NCBI RefSeq assembly: GCF_009914755.1
Contig: NC_060942.1
Length of the DNA stretch: 64,000 nucleotides
Strand: one strand, 5' to 3'
Source: the human T2T-CHM13v2.0 reference genome, Homo sapiens
A model generated the notes under the pieces. That model was not told where the DNA came from. It did no database searches and worked only from the letters and a program-made list of their open reading frames with translations. Both the position numbers and the translations under genes were made by a program. Below are positions 53,901 to 64,000 of this stretch, one piece after another. How positions within the stretch are numbered: position 1 is the stretch's first letter; the number at the start of each line of letters is the position of its first letter.

Positions 53901-54239
53901 CTAGGGAGTGCCAGACAGTGGGCACAGGTCAGTGGGTGCAGCGCACCGTTGCACGAGCCAAAGCAGGGCGAGGCATTGCCTCACTCCGGAAGCGCAAGGG
54001 GTCAGGGAGTTCCCTTTCCTAGTCAAAGAAAGGGGTGACAGACGGCACCTGGAAAATCGGGTCACTTCCACCCAAATACTGCGCTTTTCCAACGGGCTTA
54101 AATAACGGTGCACCAGGAGATTATATCCCACACCTGGCTCGGAGGGACCTACGCCCACGGAGTCTCGCTGATTGCTAGCATAGCAGTCTGAGATCAAACT
54201 GCAAGGCGGCCCCGAGGCTAGGGGAGGGGCGCCCACCAT
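53901..54239 (-). CDS. L1 antisense ORF0 (open, 112 aa)
   Basis: MVGAPPLASGPPCSLISDCYASNQRDSVGVGPSEPGVGY... matches the primate L1 ORF0 N-terminus. Expression is not shown. Confidence 0.55.
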   Translation of the reverse strand: MVGAPPLASGPPCSLISDCYASNQRDSVGVGPSEPGVGYNLLVHRYLSPLEKRSIWVEVTRFSRCRLSPLSLTRKGNSLTPCASGVRQCLALLWLVQRCAAPTDLCPLSGTP

Positions 54240-54791
54240 TGCCCAGGCTTGCTTAGGTAAACAAAGCAGTGGGGAAGCTCGAACTGGGTGGAGCCCACCA
54301 CAGCTCAAGGAGGCCTGCCTGCCTCTGTAGGCTCCACCTCTGGGGGCAGGGCACAGACAAACAAAAAGACAGCGGTAACCTCTGCAGACTTAAATGTCCC
54401 TGTCTGACAGCTTTGAAGAGAGCAGTGGTTCTTCCAGAATGCAGCTGGAGATCTGAGAACAGGCAGACTGCCTCCTCAAGTGGGTCCCTGACCCCTGACC
54501 CCTGAGCAGCCTAACTGGGAGGCACCCCCAGTAGCGGCAGACTGACACTTCACACGGCCGGGTACTCCTCTGAGACAAAATTTCCAGAGGAACAATCAGA
54601 CAGCAGTATTCGTGGTTGCCTGATACCCAGGCAAACAGGGTCTGGAGTGGACCTCTAGCAAACTCCAACAGACCTGCAGCTGAGGGTCCTGTCTGTTACA
54701 AGGAAAACTAACAAACAGAAAGGACATCCACACCAAAAACCCATCTGTACATCACCATCATCAAAGACCAAAAGTAGATAAAACCACAAAG

Positions 54792-55775
54792 ATGGGGAAA
54801 AAATAGAGCAGAAAAACTGGCAACTCTAAAAAGCAGAGCACCTCTCCTCCTCCAAAGGAACGCAGCTCCTCACCAGCAATGGAACAAAGCTGGACAAAGA
54901 ATGACTTTGACGAGTTGAGAGAAGGCTTCAGACAATCAAACTACAAGCTACAGGAGGAAGTTCAAACCAAAGGCAAAGAAGTTAAAAACTTTGAAAAAAA
55001 TTTAGACGAATGTATAACTAGAATAACCAATACAGAGAAGTGCTTAAAGGAGCTGATGGAGCTGAAAGCCAAGGCTCGAGAACTACGTGAAGAATGCAGA
55101 AGCCTCATGAGCTGATGCAATCAACTGGAAGAAAGGGTATCAGTGATGGAAGATCAAATGAATGAAATGAAGCGAGAAGGGAAGTTTAGAGAAAAAAGAA
55201 TAAAAAGAAATGAACAAAGCCTCCAAGAAATATGGGACTATGTAAAAAGACCAAATCTACGTCTGATTGGTGTACCTGAAAGTGATGGGGAGAATGGAAC
55301 CAAGTTGGAAAACACTCTGCAGGATATTATCCAGGAGAACTTCCCCAATCTAGCAAGGCAGGCCAACATTCAGATTCAGGATACTCCTTGAGAAGAACAA
55401 CTCCAAGACACATAATTGTCAGATTCACCAAAGTTGAAATGAAGGAAAAAATTTTAAGGGCAGCCAGAGAGAAAGGTCAGGTTACCCACAAAGGGAAGCC
55501 CATCAGACTAACAGCGGATCTCTCAGCAGAAACTCTACAACCCAGAAGAGAGTGGGGGCCAATATTCAACGTGCTTAAAGAATTTTCAAGCCAGAATTTC
55601 ATATCCAGCCAAACTAAGCTTCATAAGTGAAGGAGAAATAAAATCCTTCACAGACAAGCAAATGCTAAGAGATTTTGTCACCACCAGGCCTGCCCTAAAA
55701 GAGCTCCTGAAGGAAGCACTAAACATGGAAAGGAACAACAAGTACCGGCCGCTGCAAAATCATGCCAAAATGTAA
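54792..55775 (+). pseudogene. L1 ORF1, disabled
   Basis: ATG at 54792, TAG at codon 5, a further stop at ~55113, a ~22-bp deletion at ~55380 and a frameshift near 55580. Confidence 0.88.
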
Positions 55776-55823
55776 AGACCATCGAGACTAGGAAGAAACT
55801 GCATCAACTAATGAGCAAAATAA

Positions 55824-59671
<3,848 letters not shown>

Positions 59672-60036
59672 ACAATGAGAACACATGGACACAGGAAGGG
59701 GAACATCACACTCTGGGGACGGTTGTGGGGTGGGGGGAGGGGGGAGGGATAGCATTGGGAGATATACCTAATGCTAGATGACAAGTTAGTGGGTGCAGCG
59801 CACCAGCATGGCACATGTATACATATGTAACTAACCTGCACATTGTGCATATGTAGCCTAAAACTTAAAGTATAATAATAATTAAAAAAAAGAGAAAGAA
59901 AAAAGGAAATTGAAAATAGAAAAACAATAGAATCAATGAAACCAAGAGATGGTTCTTTTGAGGATCAATAAAATTGATATATCACTACTCAGACTGACAA
60001 ACTTAAAAAGAGAGAAGACAGAAATCACCAAATCAG

Positions 60037-60353
<317 letters not shown>

Positions 60354-60609
60354 GAAATGACCACATCAAGAATGAAAAAGGGAATATAACTACAGACTTC
60401 ACAGATATTAAAAATATAATAGCATCTCTATGCAAGTAAAATTGACAAATTACATGAAAGGGACTAAATCCTCAGAAATCACAAGCAATCAGTCTCACTC
60501 AAAATGAAGTAGACAACTCAAACAGTCCTTTAACAATTCTAAAAATTGAATTTGTGGTTTAAAACGGCATTAAAAAAAATCTCCAACTCCTAATGTTTCC
60601 ACCAACATA

Positions 60610-62895
<2,286 letters not shown>

Positions 62896-64000
62896 TTAAG
62901 GGAAGATCACATGAGATAGTGCATGTGTCTAGCACATGGGAGCTTTCACTAGATGACTAGATGACACCCTCATTGGTTGCTACCTCCTTTCATGCCCCTG
63001 GAGTGGGGGCTCCCCTTCTCTGCAGAGTCAATCCTCTATCTGCCTTCCATATTGAGTGGGATCCTAAGAGATGAGCTGCCTGGATGCTGCCTCTGCCTAA
63101 ACAGGTTTACTCTGAACACGTCCCTCAGCCCTATCATTGCCCATGGCTTCAGCCCCTTCTCCCAGGCAGAAAGGAATCCCAGGCCTGAAATGCACCCCTT
63201 CTACATGGAGTGCCCTAGTACAGAGAAAGAAAGAGGGAAGTGGAGGTTTTCACAATCCAGCATTTCTTTTTCCCAAGGTGAGGCCACCACTGTGCATCCT
63301 GGGGGCAGGAGGCTCTTTGAAGAGGAGACAGGGGAGAACAGCCAGCACTAGCACAGCACCATTCGAGCCACATTCTGAATGACTCCAAATAAACAGGAGT
63401 AAAACGAGCTGCATACATGCTAATTGTACACTAAAAATTTAATATCTGGAAATTCTGCTCCTACAGTTATTACATACCTGTATCACAGTTTCTAAAAGCT
63501 CAACACATTTTTATTTTTCGCCCTCATGGGCCAGATCCTGCCCCCAGTTCAGTGACTGAGATGGGGCTGAGCTGTGCTGGGCAGGCCTTACTCACTCCTT
63601 GACAGAGTCCACCTTGAATCAGGTGGTTCTTAGATTGTTCTGTGGATTCTGGGGGCTTTGAAGTACACAGTCTCCTCTTAGTCCAGGGCACAAGCCCAAG
63701 GGTATCCTCTGACTGCTCCCAGCATGGGCACAGGCCTTGGTGGGAACAGAAATCCTGCTGCCTCTGAAAACAGATGGTTTCACCCAGCCTCAGGCCAGGC
63801 TCACCACCAAGCTCTGCCCCAGATTCCTGGTGTCCCACTTCCTCCACAGGTAGGCCAGGGGATGGGCCAGTCCACTTCTGACAGAGCCCTAATGTCCGTG
63901 ATCTCTCACTGCCCCATGCTGCATCCTCCCAGCCCCTCTGTCAAGACAGAGCAATAATGCCTCCTCTGTGTGATCATTGTGAGGGTAAGGTTGTCACCTG

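Overview
Primate (most likely human) genomic DNA. It holds the last intron, final coding exon (3120-3266) and ~2 kb 3'UTR of GALNT1 (polypeptide GalNAc-transferase 1) on the + strand. The remaining ~58 kb is downstream intergenic DNA dominated by transposable elements: a full-length L1PA3-like LINE (53784-59902, disabled ORF1/ORF2, open antisense ORF0), a full-length L1PA15/16-like LINE, a full-length Tigger1, many Alus, MaLR/ERV solo LTRs (THE1, MLT1, LTR2, LTR18, a nested MER39/MER49/MER41/MER51 cluster), L2/MIR relics and a 35-nt U2 snRNA retrocopy. I see no other protein-coding gene and no new multi-gene system. The unexplained structure is small-scale: a 210-bp ~90%-identical inverted duplication of L2 sequence, locally templated insertions, a ~700-bp captured segment inside an old L1, a ~30-bp deletion in the L1 ZNF93-target region, and a consensus CTCF site. 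Repeat subfamily names come from recalled consensus sequences and need RepeatMasker/Dfam confirmation. Boundaries without a TSD are approximate.
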